Origin: Balanoglossus misakiensis
Taxonomy: Eukaryota > Animalia > Hemichordata
Length of the DNA stretch: 64,000 nt
Assembly: GCA_040954595.2 (NCBI GenBank)
Contig: CM082581.2
Coordinates: forward strand, 4,642,699-4,706,698
Reading direction: 5' to 3'
This document shows positions 49,634 to 64,000 of this stretch, piece by piece. Each line of letters begins with the position of its first letter. Positions within the stretch are counted from its first letter, which is position 1. The translations under genes and the position numbers were made by a program. The notes under the pieces are model-generated. The model was not told the origin of the DNA. It did no database searches and was given only the letters and a program-made list of their open reading frames with translations.

Positions 49634-51886
49634 TGCAAAAACACATGAGTGCATGCATGTGGATGTGTCGCCTATATACTATGGCTTACACAAAGTTGTG
49701 ATATTTTCCAGCTAACCTCACATATTAGGCCTATACACGCAAATCTTTATGAAAAAAACCCAAATGAATACTTGATTACTGTAACATGTGCACGTACCTG
49801 TAGGAACGATGAAGTGCTTCTAACCATAAACCATACCAGTACGGATACAGTGGCAGACATGAAGGTCTTCTGATTGTAGTCTTACTGCGAATGCAATACG
49901 TGTCCCCACAATATAAGTCGCAGACGCAGTCGAAACCACTCACAGTGTGGGGGTGGACACGGTCTCACAACCTGCCAATCGGCTCAGAGCTGTACATTCA
50001 ATGCTTATTAGATGGGATATCTTCCATAAGCTTCAGGTAATGGAACAATGCCTTCTGGCCAGCAATATCAATACAGATATGAAAAAAACATATCAATGAT
50101 CATAATGGGAGGATGTTCGACGACGAGCGTCACCATATCACTGACATCATTGCAGTAGCATGATCAGAATTGAGCATTTCTCGGACTTCATAGTGATTTG
50201 GGTCATGTTGCTCCTCCAGCCGTTTCCACAGTTGAAACAACACCATCATCATAAAATATAAGGACGAAAGTATATATCGTATATGTAGAATACATATTCC
50301 AGCCACATAAGCCGTACATCTTATTGCAAATACCGCCGGTAGAATTACTGAAGCTTCGAATGCCGCCGCCAAGAATGCCTTTATCAGACTCTGTAGACGA
50401 TGGTAAACAAAAAAAAGACCCAAGCTGTCGCTCAGTAAGAATTGGAGTACCCTAACTATTACACCGAGACATTACAAATCGTTTACCCAAAAGAGAACTT
50501 AAATTGTCAGTGAAAAAACATCAGCAAACACGTACGCTTCATCCAACACAGAAGTAGATGGATGATTGAGGGTACTTGTGCATGCAGGACAGTCTCATTT
50601 CCAAACGCACTTGTTTACTGATAATATTGTATGTGATATTTTGAAACCATTTAGTTTCGCTGTACGCTCATTTCGATAAGAAAATACGCTTTACCCGAAC
50701 ACAGAACTATAGAGTGATGTTTATAGTTTTTACTTGTGCGCTCAAGAATAACTTTCGCGTTTTCATGATATTTGCTGGTTTACCATAATGTGATATTTGA
50801 AACCCTTCAAGTATAGTATTTTACTGTGCGCCCCTTCCTATCTTAAAAAACCCAGAATAATATGAACCGGGCGAGGGTTATTTTACATTTTACTGAAGTC
50901 AAACATTTTGAGACCGGACATCAACGATTCAATAATATCATGTGTCACGACGCGAAGTGGAACAGAATGCGATATCATCATTTGGTGAATCATCTGAAAT
51001 AGCCGGATATTCATGTTTATACGTAAAAGTAGAAGTTCTTGTGTATATCACTCTAGATTTTCCGAGAATGTGTTTTGTTAGCGGGCTGCACGGCGGTTTT
51101 CTATTTGACCGACTCTTCGATACGTGCTGCGTGTGATCCGTTGAGACTAATAAAATGGCAAGCAAAAACCATATCGACCACAAAAGCTTATATCGTGCTC
51201 ATACGAAGATGTTATCAAGTTGTTATCAGATATTTTATATTTTTCTTCAACTTGTCAAATGAGACTGTCAATTATTTCAATACCCATCTTTCCTTTAGAT
51301 GTCAATTATTCAGCAGTACTACATTTACTACATGAATTGTGAATCGCCAAGTAATAAGCTTATATGCAATATTCCGCACGTGTTTGTGATGCCTGAAAGT
51401 GTCTGTTGCCGCTAATTTCACGGTGACCACTATTTCGAGGAAGAGTTGTTAAATTCTGCACTTATAATAGTTTCATACACAGCTTGACTCGCTACCCTTC
51501 GCTGCAGTAAATAACATAGGCTAGTGAGTTCTCGCATAACCATTTTTATCACTGGGTGGTGAAAATAACAATAATACACATGCATGAATTCAATTTAACG
51601 AACAATCTCGTAATACATGCATGTGTATACACTACCGCCAACATTTTATATTAAAAGTTATGTTATCCTTAACTTCGGTATGCTTACTTTGGTAAACGGT
51701 CCATGAACTCTTGATTTAGTTCTAGAAAAGTGTTTCTTATACTTAGGCCTACTAGTATCATCGCATGCGCAGTACTAACATAATCGAAATATATTGCACA
51801 GTATTCTGTCTTGATGAATGAAAAGATTCAAGGTCAGTTGCTTTGAAAGAAAAAAAATATATATCAATTGAGCCTCATTAGAAAGA

Positions 51887-51960
51887 AATTGACCTGAAGT
51901 TTGTCAGGTCTTCCTCGCCAATTAATTGACCTGAAGTTTGTCAGGTCTTCCTCGCCAATT
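51887..51960. repeat. Perfect 37-bp tandem duplication
   Basis: aattgacctgaagtttgtcaggtcttcctcgccaatt twice; each unit holds a gacctga/tcaggtc inverted repeat. Confidence 0.9.
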
Positions 51961-54900
51961 TCACTCCAATCTCAACGAAAAGTTCCACGTCTTTGTCAAG
52001 ATTGCCGTGAATACCGAGAAAACAGCAGCTGATTGGGGGGGGGGGGGGAGGGGGCTACGTTTTGGCGTTGTAAATCACAGACTAAGTGCAGAAATGGAAG
52101 AATAAAACTGGCGCCAACACGACAACAGACAACTTAGGTTACTCATATAGCCTATCCGTTTTTTTTCAATCAAGTTCCCGCGAGGGTTAACACCAGGCTC
52201 TGGTGAAGAGTTGTCCCGCCATCAGCTAAATGCACGCGTCGGTGAAATACAATAACTGCTCACGAATTCAGCAAATTCAAAGCACTCCAAATCGCCTGAT
52301 CTGTAATACGCGGCATGTGTGAGTGTTCACACAAGCACAACGCATCAGTTACAGTGTACTGCTCACACAATGTACTATAATCCTACCGGGTTCCCAGAAC
52401 CGTCGCGAAGAAACAGAACCAATTCGACATTTTTGTTTAGCTGCCCCATCTTCCAATTACACGTCTGCTACCTTGGTAATCTCACCGGTTGAGCCGACAT
52501 ATCTTTCATCTCCATTATCTCAGATTCCACAGACAGAAAAATAACCCACGGATTAATGTCTGTCTCAAAATGGACCATCTTTTCAAATAAAAAAAAATCT
52601 GATTTGCAACCCTGAGTACATTTCAGGCGAGTATGAATATTAGTTGCAGAAAATGTATCTGACATACGTGGCGCAAAATGACTAATATGTCAAATATAAA
52701 TAATTTCAAGTATATACCGGCTATTCTATCAATGGAAAGTAAAATAAACGAATACCACATGCATCACCTTGGCATATTTGGTTTGGCTACACCAACAGTG
52801 ATTTAATATAGTACATTAAGCTCATATTGACGAAAACATGATACATGTGATATTAACTGATAACAGTTAATTTCTTGAGAATGCACATTTTGTGTTAACG
52901 CGATATATTCTGAATTCAAAATATACAAACCTTTAGAATATGATAATTAGTTTGAACAAAAATAGCAATGAACGAAAGGACATCAGACGTAATTACTTAG
53001 CATCCGTCTTTATGCTTCTTAAATTTGCATTCAATGATCCCTTGATGTATAATGTAAGTTATGTTGCATGCGCGCATTAAATCTATATTACTGTTACCGT
53101 AATTAAGTCGTTTGTTCTGTATATCGACAAAAACAAATTATAGTATTTGGTGAAACTAAGCAAAGAGTTCGTTAAAACCGCCATTATTCCTTTTCCAAAT
53201 GCCATTTTCTGTAAATCACGTTATTTGTTTCTATGCTCCCAATGGTCACGCCACCAAGGACGAAGAAAGGAATTAACGAGCTTCCACAACCTAATTGGTT
53301 CCAGACAGAATATGATACTGCATCAGAAGTTTCATCTCTCATGATTCCCCATCCCTTCAGCTTGTAAACAAAAGGTAAATGGATATGTACTTGGCGGGAT
53401 CAGGTAATGTACTGTAACGTGTATCACCGTGTACTCTATTCCGTGGAACCAAATATCGCGGCGTAAAGGGTCACGAGAATCGGAAAATTAGCAGATATTA
53501 TAGTTTTTGTCTTTGTAGCTGAAATACGAGATGTGAAAAGAATCAGCTTCTTCGGGGGATTCGTTCTCCAAGATGATAAATCTTCACGTTTATCATTCTG
53601 TATGACGAGTTCGTAATAAAAACACGTAACTTACGATATCTACATCAAAAATCGGGTGTATCGAAACCAAGGCATGAAAAACATATTTTCGATCAGCATT
53701 CCTAAAAGTCGTAAAATATTTAATACGGTAATTTACTTGTGACGAGACAATAATGCATACCAACGATGCGTGGAATCGTTTTTCATATTTACTGTCTTTC
53801 TCAATGAATTCAGGTTTCCATCGTCGTCTCGATTCGCCGATGCTAGTTGGCATTCACGAGACGTCATTTGATGACATCACGACCCACCGTACCCTGTCAC
53901 GATTACAGTCTTGTGGGTTATCTGTGCAAGACAAACACGGCGCAACGCGAGACGCTCACTTGTTATCGATGCGTTAGATACAGGTAGTGCGGGCGATAAA
54001 CAGCATTGGAATTCACGACCCACGGCTCACCACTCGCCATACAGATGAGCCTTCACATCAAAGAACCGTGCCAATATTCACAGCTGAAGAACATCAAGAG
54101 AGCGGTTCCCTGACTGCGAACTCGGCAGTGTTGCATGATTTATACTTCAAAAGTGCTTATTTTCATTTCCGGAATGCAGGACATGTCTCGGAGGCCTATA
54201 CGCACAGAATACACCTGTCACGTAATTCTGCCTTGTTGCCTTGTTAGCATTTCGTTTTCCATTCTATGGTGCAGTTTCGGTGATCAGAGTTTGGCGGGCC
54301 TGGCGTGCATGATAGTGTACATGTATAGTTAACAAATCTTACATGTAATTCATTCAACCCTGGAAATGGCTGTCTACGGGGAGAACGTTAGTACTGGCAC
54401 GTAAAGTTGATGGCATCTTCTCATCACAATCCCAAGGTTATTATGTGCACAGTAATGTGTGTTATGCCAAATATCTGCTTACTTACATTGTGTAATGAAA
54501 AATCCTTCAGACACACATCGTGATGAGAAGCCCGTATTACTGGTATTGCCCATGTACATGTACTTAACAGAAATTCCAAACTGGTTTGCATGCAACTGCA
54601 GTACCCTAGATCTTTCTTAAACAACAGCATTTAGTTTCGAGCCCTCGTTGTTTTGACCGTTGCTTGCTTACAGAGTCTATGTAACCATACGAGACAATAT
54701 CTAATTATGTGAGCTTTATTGGCCGTAATAGTACCAGCAACATCGAGTGACTATAAAAAAGCATGCCCAAAAGGATAATACATGAATTCTCAATTGGAAT
54801 CAAATACACAGTAGCTGTGTTTCTATTTGGGGAATTCAGCAAAATTTGGCATGAGTCGTTAATTTTGCTTAACGAAATTCCTTGCAAATAAGTGAATCGA

Positions 54901-57900
54901 CTTGTTTCAGGCTTGCATCAGATTTTCAACACACAATCGTGTGTAAAAATCGTGAAATTGCCTCTTTGAAACCAAGGTTTGACGGTGATCCTGTCCGTAT
55001 TTGACTTTTCGGCCATGTAAGCCTAATTCCTACATGTATAATACCAGAATACCTAAACAGTATCTGGCGTTATTTCTCTGAAATGTTTGACTTTTGATAT
55101 ATTTCGTCCTTTTTGGAGTCGCGAGGGACTTTATCATTAGTTGTGCTGTATCCTCTTTGTTTATCCCCTGAATCGCACGCGGACATAGAGGATAAAATCA
55201 CAGCTTGTGTGCAAATGGTAATTACCGTTTATCTATATCTAGTCATATACGGTATATTAGTCCGGGAAGACCATGTTGTTGTAACGAGAATAGGGATGCC
55301 GTAATGGCCTGATCACGGTCTGATAGCAAGATCTGATCTCATCTTTCTTGCATAGGACTTGCCATACACAGCCGCTTATTAAGATGCTAATACGACACTG
55401 TGACGCACTTCTACCATGTAGTAGTTTAATCCTCTTGTTCAGTGTAATTTGGCTTTAAAACTATTATTCAAACTTTCCCCCACACAGAAACTGGACACGT
55501 TGGATTAATCTTGTTGATATAATCTTTTTTGTTGTGTATGTTCTTCCTGTAAATGCATCCTCTCCATACTTTTAGGAGTTAAACTTGTTGCGTAAATCAA
55601 TGAAATTCTATAGACGTGGCCATAACGGACGTTTCAGCGTAAGTCCGTACTGGCCAAGTCTAGATCTGTGTGGTGATAGGTCTTAATGTATTTTGCCTAC
55701 TGTACATGACGTAATGATTTATTTCAGTAACTTCATCAAAGATGACATTAGCCCTGAAGTCTGTTGTACAATAAGCATGTCTTGTATAGTCAAGGGGAGT
55801 CGAGATGGTAATTCAACATACATGTAATGTGTTCAGGGCAAAACAGCGTGTCCGGAACATGTGGATCAGATAGCAAGTTCTTTAATATTTTATCCGTTAT
55901 TGTTTGATTATTTTACCCCAAATCCTTTGACAGTAAAGGAAAGAAGTCATGTGGCTATGTAATCGAGAAATAATACAAGCACATTGTTAAATATGAATCA
56001 AAACCAACAGATATATAAGCTTAAACTAATGTGAAACCAAAAACCACGAAAACGCCCTTATTTTTTTGTAACACAAGAGTGCGTTTGACTCATTGCACTC
56101 TCAGAGTCAAATTTATAGCTTACAGGATCGATTTGTCTATCCTTGACCAGACACAACCCTTTTACAAAACGTTTTATTGCTATCTAATTGTGCAGGTATA
56201 ATAACATGTGATGCTGTGCATACAGGGTATAATTATGATATGCACGGAAAAAATAAGACTTACATCGTTAAAAGCTGGTCGACCAGCCTCCTGCTGTCAC
56301 AATCCATATACCCTATTGACTTAATCAGGAGACATACATGCCGCGAATACCCTGCAGCTGTTCATGTGCATCTAATTTGGCATGAAGCTACAGAAATTGT
56401 ACCTCCCTGCATTGACGTCACCAAAGACAGTAAAAACACCCGTCGTACGTTTGGCAATCATTGTGGACCTTTTTTTCACCGAGTTCATAAAATCGGGGTA
56501 GGCAATTAGATATTGAAAATCAAGATTTATAGTTGTTTATTTGTTTATGGTGAAAGGAACACACTTTACCGCACCCTTTTATCGTGACAATGGTTTTGTT
56601 TTGTTCAGAGTCGTTGCAATCACGACTGCTTAACTTGGCGCACTCTTCTGTATTTAAAGGCGCGAATGTGGTCTGGTACATCACTAAACACTATATACTT
56701 TGCATCAGTTTCAGATCGATAGTACTCCTAAACTTGCAATTGTACAGTAACATGGTTCGTCTGGAAGTTTGAAATTCCTGAAAACCATATACCATTCTTG
56801 CGCATATAATAAAAACCCTGTAGGGATTTTGAAATCGAACTGTTTTATGGTTACATGTACTAGTAAGTCTTCATGGAAATATTGTTTGGTCACTTACGCC
56901 TCAAAACTATATCAATCAACATTCACCCAACAACACAGGCGTATAGATCAGTTTTTTATGTACTACCATGCCCATGCGCACATAAACCTTACCCTCACCG
57001 TCGATGCGAGGACTTGCAACCGCGTTTTACAGGTGAACAGGAAGCCCAGATGGAAAGTTATTGTGTAAAAACACATTTGCTAAACACATACAAGCAGAAT
57101 AAACCTTAGAATATATTTGCGTCTCTGTAAATAATAGTATATTGAACTCACTTTGTTGGAGTTCATTCATGGCCAATTGTAATAGTCACTTTTCGAGCGT
57201 ACCTCCACAGGGGGCTTGTAGTTTAGTTTTTAAAGCGGCGCCATCTATTCATTATAAAATTGAGCTACCCGGCTTGGCTGCGTGCACGTTGTTGGGTAAA
57301 CCAGCTGCTCAGCATTTAGACTAGCATGTCAAGAATAATACAATTATTTCCTGCTGTTGCATTTAGTGAATTACTCTTGTGCTGTGTACATCGCCCGTAA
57401 CCTTGACTTGTTCGTTTTGTGAGCTAGGAAACCAGGTCATCGTTTCCGTTATAGTTTTTTTACATAAGGGCAGCGATCTCAAAAACGGGTGGGGTGGTGT
57501 GGGGGTCGGAGAATTAATTAAGAGGGGGGGGGTGACTCGAAAATTTTGATGATGGCGGAGCGGAGACATAACACTACAGGGTTGTTGAGGGGTCTGGACA
57601 TATTTTTACGTATTTTTACGTAAGTATCCCGACACAGCATATTTTACATGTAGGTACCCAATCCTTAAGTTAACAATGGAATAGGCAAAACATTTGAATA
57701 AAGTTCACGAGAAATCACTGCAAGCGTTCATTGGAGTAGTAAACTACCGAACACAATACGCGCTATATTGAATTAATACGTCAAATTGATATAAAACCGT
57801 GACAGGAAACACGCACATGATTATATGATTTGGTTCTGTTTGACAGCACTCACTTTTTTTGTCAAAGTATAATATTCTCATCAGGGTATCGAATTAATCG

Positions 57901-60900
57901 ACGGGGGCACATTGTTCTACTTCGTGAATCTGATTTCACCCTTAAGGGGTTAGGATGAGCCCTTCATCTGAAGTAAACGAAATTCGTTTCTGAGCTAAAA
58001 CTAGACGCGACCATGGATGAGAATGACGATGCCCTGTTCGATTCCAATCACTCGAAAAGCTGCGCAAGAACTGTGAACGGAAGTAATTAGCCGCGCGTCA
58101 ATTTCAGCCTAATTGATTGGAAGATGTGACGGTGATAATTACTAATTTTCACATTAAGCTTAGATGTTTACTGTCATGTCTCATCTGACTCTAGCCGATA
58201 ACCGACCATGAACGCTTTCATTCTTGAAATCTTTAGAGTACGGTGAACCATGGTTCCCGTATTTGTAACAGAAAAGATAATTGCTATAGCAGCTAGTGCG
58301 AACTTTTTCTTAGAATGATACACTAATTTACATAAAATAATGGTTCCTGTCAAAGTTAACCTCTTTTCAAAATTTTCTGCAACGAATCTATGCAATTCGA
58401 TATTCTAGCAGCCTGCATGGAAGCACCAAAATAAAATTTAGACACCTAGCATTCTGGAAATCAAGGTTTTGTGATAGGTTTCTCACCTTTTCGGTGAAAA
58501 ACATGGCATTGAATAATTAATGTAAAGAAACCTTACATCGCATCGCCATCTTAACTGAGCAATAAATTAATCCAAATGAGCAACCAATCGACGGCATATT
58601 ATAAGTGTTTAACGCTCTGAAGGTTTCTCAGCTATCGGGCATTCTTATATTTCTTCTAATTCTATACAGTAGCATATTACATTTGCAAAAAATCACCATT
58701 ACGCCAGTATGTTTTTATCACTTATAGGGTCTATACTGCATGTTTTTGTAAATAACTTTGAATTTAAATAAATGATATACTATCTTTAAAACATTTACTA
58801 AAGAGAATAATTATTATGAATATTCATTATGTTTATTAAGTCTAAAGTTATTGTGTCTTAGGATTTCCGTTCAACATTTTTTGAGACTTGGACAGTTGTT
58901 TGTTGTTCCTGACACTAGAGGGACTTATTCTCATAATCTCGGCTGAGTAGTCCTTGCCTACATTGGAAATAGGCCAGTCACTGTCATGTGACCTATAAAA
59001 ATACTTTTTGAGGTTGTGCACAGGTTACCGTATGTTTTTTTAGATGGACTAGTGTAAGCTGATTCTTGGCACCAAGCAGTCTAATTATAACATTTGATCC
59101 ACCTCTAATTGAGCTAAAGTGTAATTAATCCCTTAGCTTTTTATCTGTCAAGGTGGGTATTGTCTAAATATTAATTCTATACTATATAATCATAAACTGA
59201 ATTTACAAAAGTATATTTCAACCAGAACATTTAGGAGGGGGGGGGGGACTCTGTTCTAAGCTATGATGCTGATAGTTTTGTATTACTTTAATACTTTGTT
59301 TAAACATGTTTAAGCTATAGGCAGAATCGTTCATCGCAGGTAATGCTGGTAGCGTGACACATTTTAATAGGCACCCCTACTGACTGAAGTACTCAATAAT
59401 TGACACTACCCTGTCGCAGGTACATGTATATCTCTTTAATAAGTGTTCATATAATTTAACCATAGACCAGGGTGTATAATTTAACTATGTCCTAATAATG
59501 GCGTGTTTATCTCAACACGTGTCTAATGTTAACCATGGTTTAGTATGGCAGTTAACTTATGCAACTGGGCAAACTTTGGCATCACCTTTGGAGTCTATGA
59601 TTACAGGAGTGCATGTTAAGAGGCCGATGACATTACTCGGCAATCCCTCGGAAACAATCAGAACATCAACATCATCGGTTGTTTCCACGAGGGAATCAGT
59701 TAATCCTTCATTCGCTTATAAGCTTACTAACAGTGTGTAACATAGAACATTCGTTTTGCTTACAGGTATGTAATAGTGTGATGCTTAACACATTTAAGCA
59801 ATGGAACCACCGCGTAAGCAACTGTCACTTACCCTTACATTCGTGTCTGCTAGCGTGTTTTCTTAACATCGTCCATTGTACAGAAATGTTTCAGGGTTTT
59901 CGCCACACCATGCCCAAGTCGGTATACCCATTAACCCCTTAACTACATGTACCATTAGGCCTACCTACAAGTACATGTATGTAAACATATATGGCTTTCG
60001 TCCGCATCTAGGGCAAATAATGGCATCTGCTATTAAACAATCCCTAGGTCAAAATAGTAAGCAATCACACTCGAAGACAAATGTCACTGAAGCCATCAGC
60101 AATTTGTTTTAGAGATACATTGTACTTATCTATATATGCTCATTACACCTTCGAAAAAGCGAGTCAACATAGAAACAAGCCTTTCGCTAAAATAAACCTG
60201 ATTTATCAGTTTGGGTGATATGTGGCTGTGTTGTTCTCCAAAATCACTACATGAACTGTTCTTGCATAACGGATATGCTGTGAAATATATTACTAACGAG
60301 AGTGGTACATGTATAGTGCGTACAAGGTGTGGAAAAGTGATCATGATAGTCAAGTTATATACAGCAGAGTAGAAATATCAACCATGTTCACGGAAATCGA
60401 GTAATGAAAGTGAAGGTTGACATTCAAGATTTGGTAAAGTACCAAGTCGTTATTATTTTTGACGAAGTGGGGCATAAAACCCACTAAACTAAACAAATTG
60501 CCTTTGTGAATACAGCAGCTAGACACAATACCCCATTTCATAACCTACTAGCATATATCTCGCACCTGCAGATGTCACTTAGAACAACGCCGATTAACGT
60601 TGGAAACCTTAATACTTTTCCTGAAAGATACAAGGATTTCATATTTAAGGAAGAGGCGAAGTCAATATATCCAGTGATAAAATTACACTAATAGTAATTC
60701 TTTAAGATACTCCGACTGGATTGATATAATTCATACACCTGTTCCATTGTATGAGGTTAAATTAGTATCTTATCGAGTTTCACGTCTTCTAACGCCAGGA
60801 GTCGTTCACAGTTTACATATGAAAAGAATTGACTTCCTCTTTGGGAATAGTTCGCATTCGACAGGGACTCAAATGTGTCCTGAATTCCCATGGTGTAATA

Positions 60901-63796
60901 CAATAACGTATAGTGACAGGCTGTCTTCGCACTGAATACCCAGGTGTATTTCAAGCTTGTATGGTAACCAGACACTTGTCAATCTGGGAGGAAGAACGCG
61001 AAGCTGAACCCAAGAGTGTGACAGAAGTTTGGCTGAGAATCCAAGTGATTTGGATAAAGGTATACTTTACTATATATGTACCATATGTATTTGCTGCATG
61101 AAAATAAGTTGAAGAGATTTTTCCAAACGATGAAAGTGAGTGCATCCCCGTATATTGAGTCAGTTTATATAGGAAAAGAGTCTTTGAAGTTTATGATTTA
61201 ACTTAAAAACATCACAATTTAACCCAATAGAATATAAAAACTCGTGATAAATCTAGTAAAGAAAGAAGTCGTAAACATGGTGAGAATGTGATTGTCCAGT
61301 TGTTGTTACCCATACGTTGGGACCCATTGTCAATTAAATCCAGTGGTTCCTAAAGACTATAGACGAATGGAATAATTTCATAATGATCACTCTTGATGCT
61401 CCTTAGACTCTCTCACAGTCCCTCTCGCCGCCTACGCATACTTATGGTATTGATTGAATGTGTGCCCTCAGTGGTCGAGTGAAACAATGAGAAACGAGAT
61501 GTCACCATACTGTACCTTGTCACCCATTTATTTTCACACACGAACCTATACTTGTACTTCCTTGACGATTCCCAATATTCATGTGGGCAATCGAAAGCTA
61601 GTACAGTTATCCGTACACAGAAAATCCCACCAAATATGAAGTGCCACTTCGACCAGACTCATCTGAGTTAAATGTGCAACAAAAACAAGTTGATCATAGC
61701 TCCGAATAGTTCTATATGCTACATCGCTATAGAAATATATGTTTGTCGCCCAGTATGACGGTTTCAATATTTACATCATGTAGTCTAAGCGAAATTGCGG
61801 ATGTGTAAACTTGTTATCTTCACTATTGTCAGACTGTATAATTAGCAAAATTATTGTTTAAGACAACGCGATGGTGAATGCACGAAAATAGGGGTTATTC
61901 GGCTTCGTTTGTACCTCCATGAAATGTACAGGAGTTGATGAAAGAGAAGACACTTGTCACAGGTGAAAACAATACCTCGGCGGGAGATTTTGCAGATGAC
62001 AGCGTAGCGTAGCAGGAAATCATTTTCGAGCACCAACGGGAGCCGTCATTAAAAGTCGTCGGCGACAATCAAAGCATCGTGGCTATACCAAAATTGTGCG
62101 CTGCAAGATCCATAGCGTCACAGCCCGTGATGCTGTAATACCTGTAAACACCAAAGTATAAGACATATCCTGGGATATCCTGATATTCGCCCACCTATTA
62201 CTGTTGATCACGAAGCAATTTCACTAAAGGTGTGTTTTAAAAGGACTTTTCCCGTTATGTGGGTATTGGAAACCGAATGAAATTTTATAGAGAGATAAAC
62301 AGTATTCATAAGAATGGTGAAAAGGTCGTGTAATTATTCATCAATGGCAAAGGATGATCTTCATTGTCGCTGTTTTAAAAACCATACGGTGCACAATACA
62401 AAGACCATAAACACAAAAGCTATTTCATCCCTCTAAGTATCACATGACCCGCAAGTGTAAAATTGGCATCGCAAATAATAATAAAAAAACGTTGTCATGG
62501 AAATCGACTATAGACTAGAAAGTTTACCCTTTTACATCAACAACATGACATTCAGCCCAACATGCCAATTGTTTAAGTACTGCGTTATTTGATTCGTAAG
62601 AAATCACTCATTACTTAAACGTTTCCTTGCGGTTTCAACTTATGTACATGTATTTTAAGAATAAATTGCACCAAACTAACCTTCAAAATGATCAAAAGAA
62701 TAAATTACTCGAAAATTAAATGTTACAGCATTCCAAAACAGGGGTAATGCAAATCACTATATACACTAGTTTCTATATTTGGACATATCTAAGGCAGAAT
62801 AACACATGGCGAAAATAAAGTGTTAAATTGTCTCAGCGGGATGTAATGAAAGCACGATTAAGTTTCTTAGTAGTGTGCTCATCAAGGGTATGACGATTTG
62901 TTGTCAAACCTACCAATTCAAAGGGCGCGTGAGACTGACTTACATCATATTTGTACCACCATTTGGCATCACCTATACATACCACGTAGTAAATGACAAC
63001 GAGGGACAGGGCTTCGTATTTGGAAGAGATGCATAATTTTTGTATTTCCCCCTCGATCCATCACCAGATCTTATCAACACACGATTCAATCATGGATAGT
63101 GCATGATAACTAACATATCCTCACATGTGAGACACAATTGATTGACATCCGCGTGGATCATACAGTCGAGAAAAACATCCCCAGATATGGTGTACTCCAT
63201 GGAGACTATATGAATTGGTCCAAGGTCACGTCTCTTGGGAACACCAAACCAACGAGTATGCCTCCGACAAGACTGACCTGACAATGACAGATTATGTACA
63301 CCCCCATCGAGCAATACATGTACTTAGACTATTCCAACAATACTACACTAATATAAATCCCACATCTCTATATTTATCGAAGGCCACGGAAATACCCAGT
63401 AATAATTATCTGATTTCTTTTGACTTTTCTACAGATCGCTATACGCGAACGTCATTCCGTATACTCAGAGAAGAGCGGTGTTCGTGCTAAAATATGAACA
63501 TTGTAAGCTGCTATATAAAATTTAATATTGCTATTTGAACCGCTAATTATTTTCTTTTTGTCCATTATGCCACTACGCCTGTCAATCGCGGTCTAACATG
63601 CTAACAACCAAGATTCCATGTTGTAATTTAACTACGGAGTCGTTTGGTCTATCGCCAAAGGCTTCCCACATTTGATACAATTTAAATACAGACATCTGTG
63701 CATAGCACTAATGGCATCTGTTTGTTTGCAAAAGTTTCGAAACGAAAACAATGATTGACTGTATTCTAGGATTATATGTAAGCAATAAATACTGTA

Positions 63797-64000
63797 ATGT
63801 ATGTATGTATGTATGTATGTATGTATGTATGTATGTATGTATGTATGTATGTATGTATGTATGTATGTATGTATGTATGTATGTATGTATGTATGTATGT
63901 ATGTATGTATGTATGTATGTATGTATGTATGTATGTATGTATGTATGTATGTATGTATGTATGTATGTATGTATGTATGTATGTATGTATGTATGTATGT
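63797..64000. repeat. (ATGT)n microsatellite running off the window end
   Basis: Direct reading. Confidence 0.98.

Noticed and set aside
57465-57600. G-rich segment resembling one end of a Harbinger-like MITE (similar remnant at about 1470-1600)
   Set aside because: No matching second TIR or TSD could be located.

Overview
Intron-rich, repeat-rich animal genomic DNA. An invertebrate deuterostome such as an acorn worm or echinoderm is my inference from gene and repeat content. Gene models were spliced by hand from GT-AG sites and reading-frame phase. The window holds: (1) a Golgi-type sulfotransferase (+, 1638-3590); (2) an 8-exon aldo-keto reductase whose exon 4 is broken by a local cluster of lesions (+, 4209-9681); (3) an HMGA-like AT-hook gene with an intronless CDS (-, 23094-23777); (4) head-to-head with it, an 8-exon gene of about 662 aa (+, 24301-32582) that the ORF track shows only in fragments; (5) two class A GPCRs with single-exon CDSs (orphan amine-receptor-like, +, 33816-34889; NPY/PrRP/sNPF-receptor-like, -, 41715-42833). 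It also contains many non-autonomous DNA transposons, a decayed LINE reverse transcriptase and long (ATGT)n microsatellites. Gene 4 is the main finding. It joins a polynucleotide-kinase-like P-loop domain and an apparently inactive HAD phosphatase domain to a complete CYREN/MRI-like NHEJ adaptor module: Ku-binding motif RSLPQW, core TVYCMNE.E.V..A..L and terminal LDDIF. I could identify no gene in 43-64 kb.
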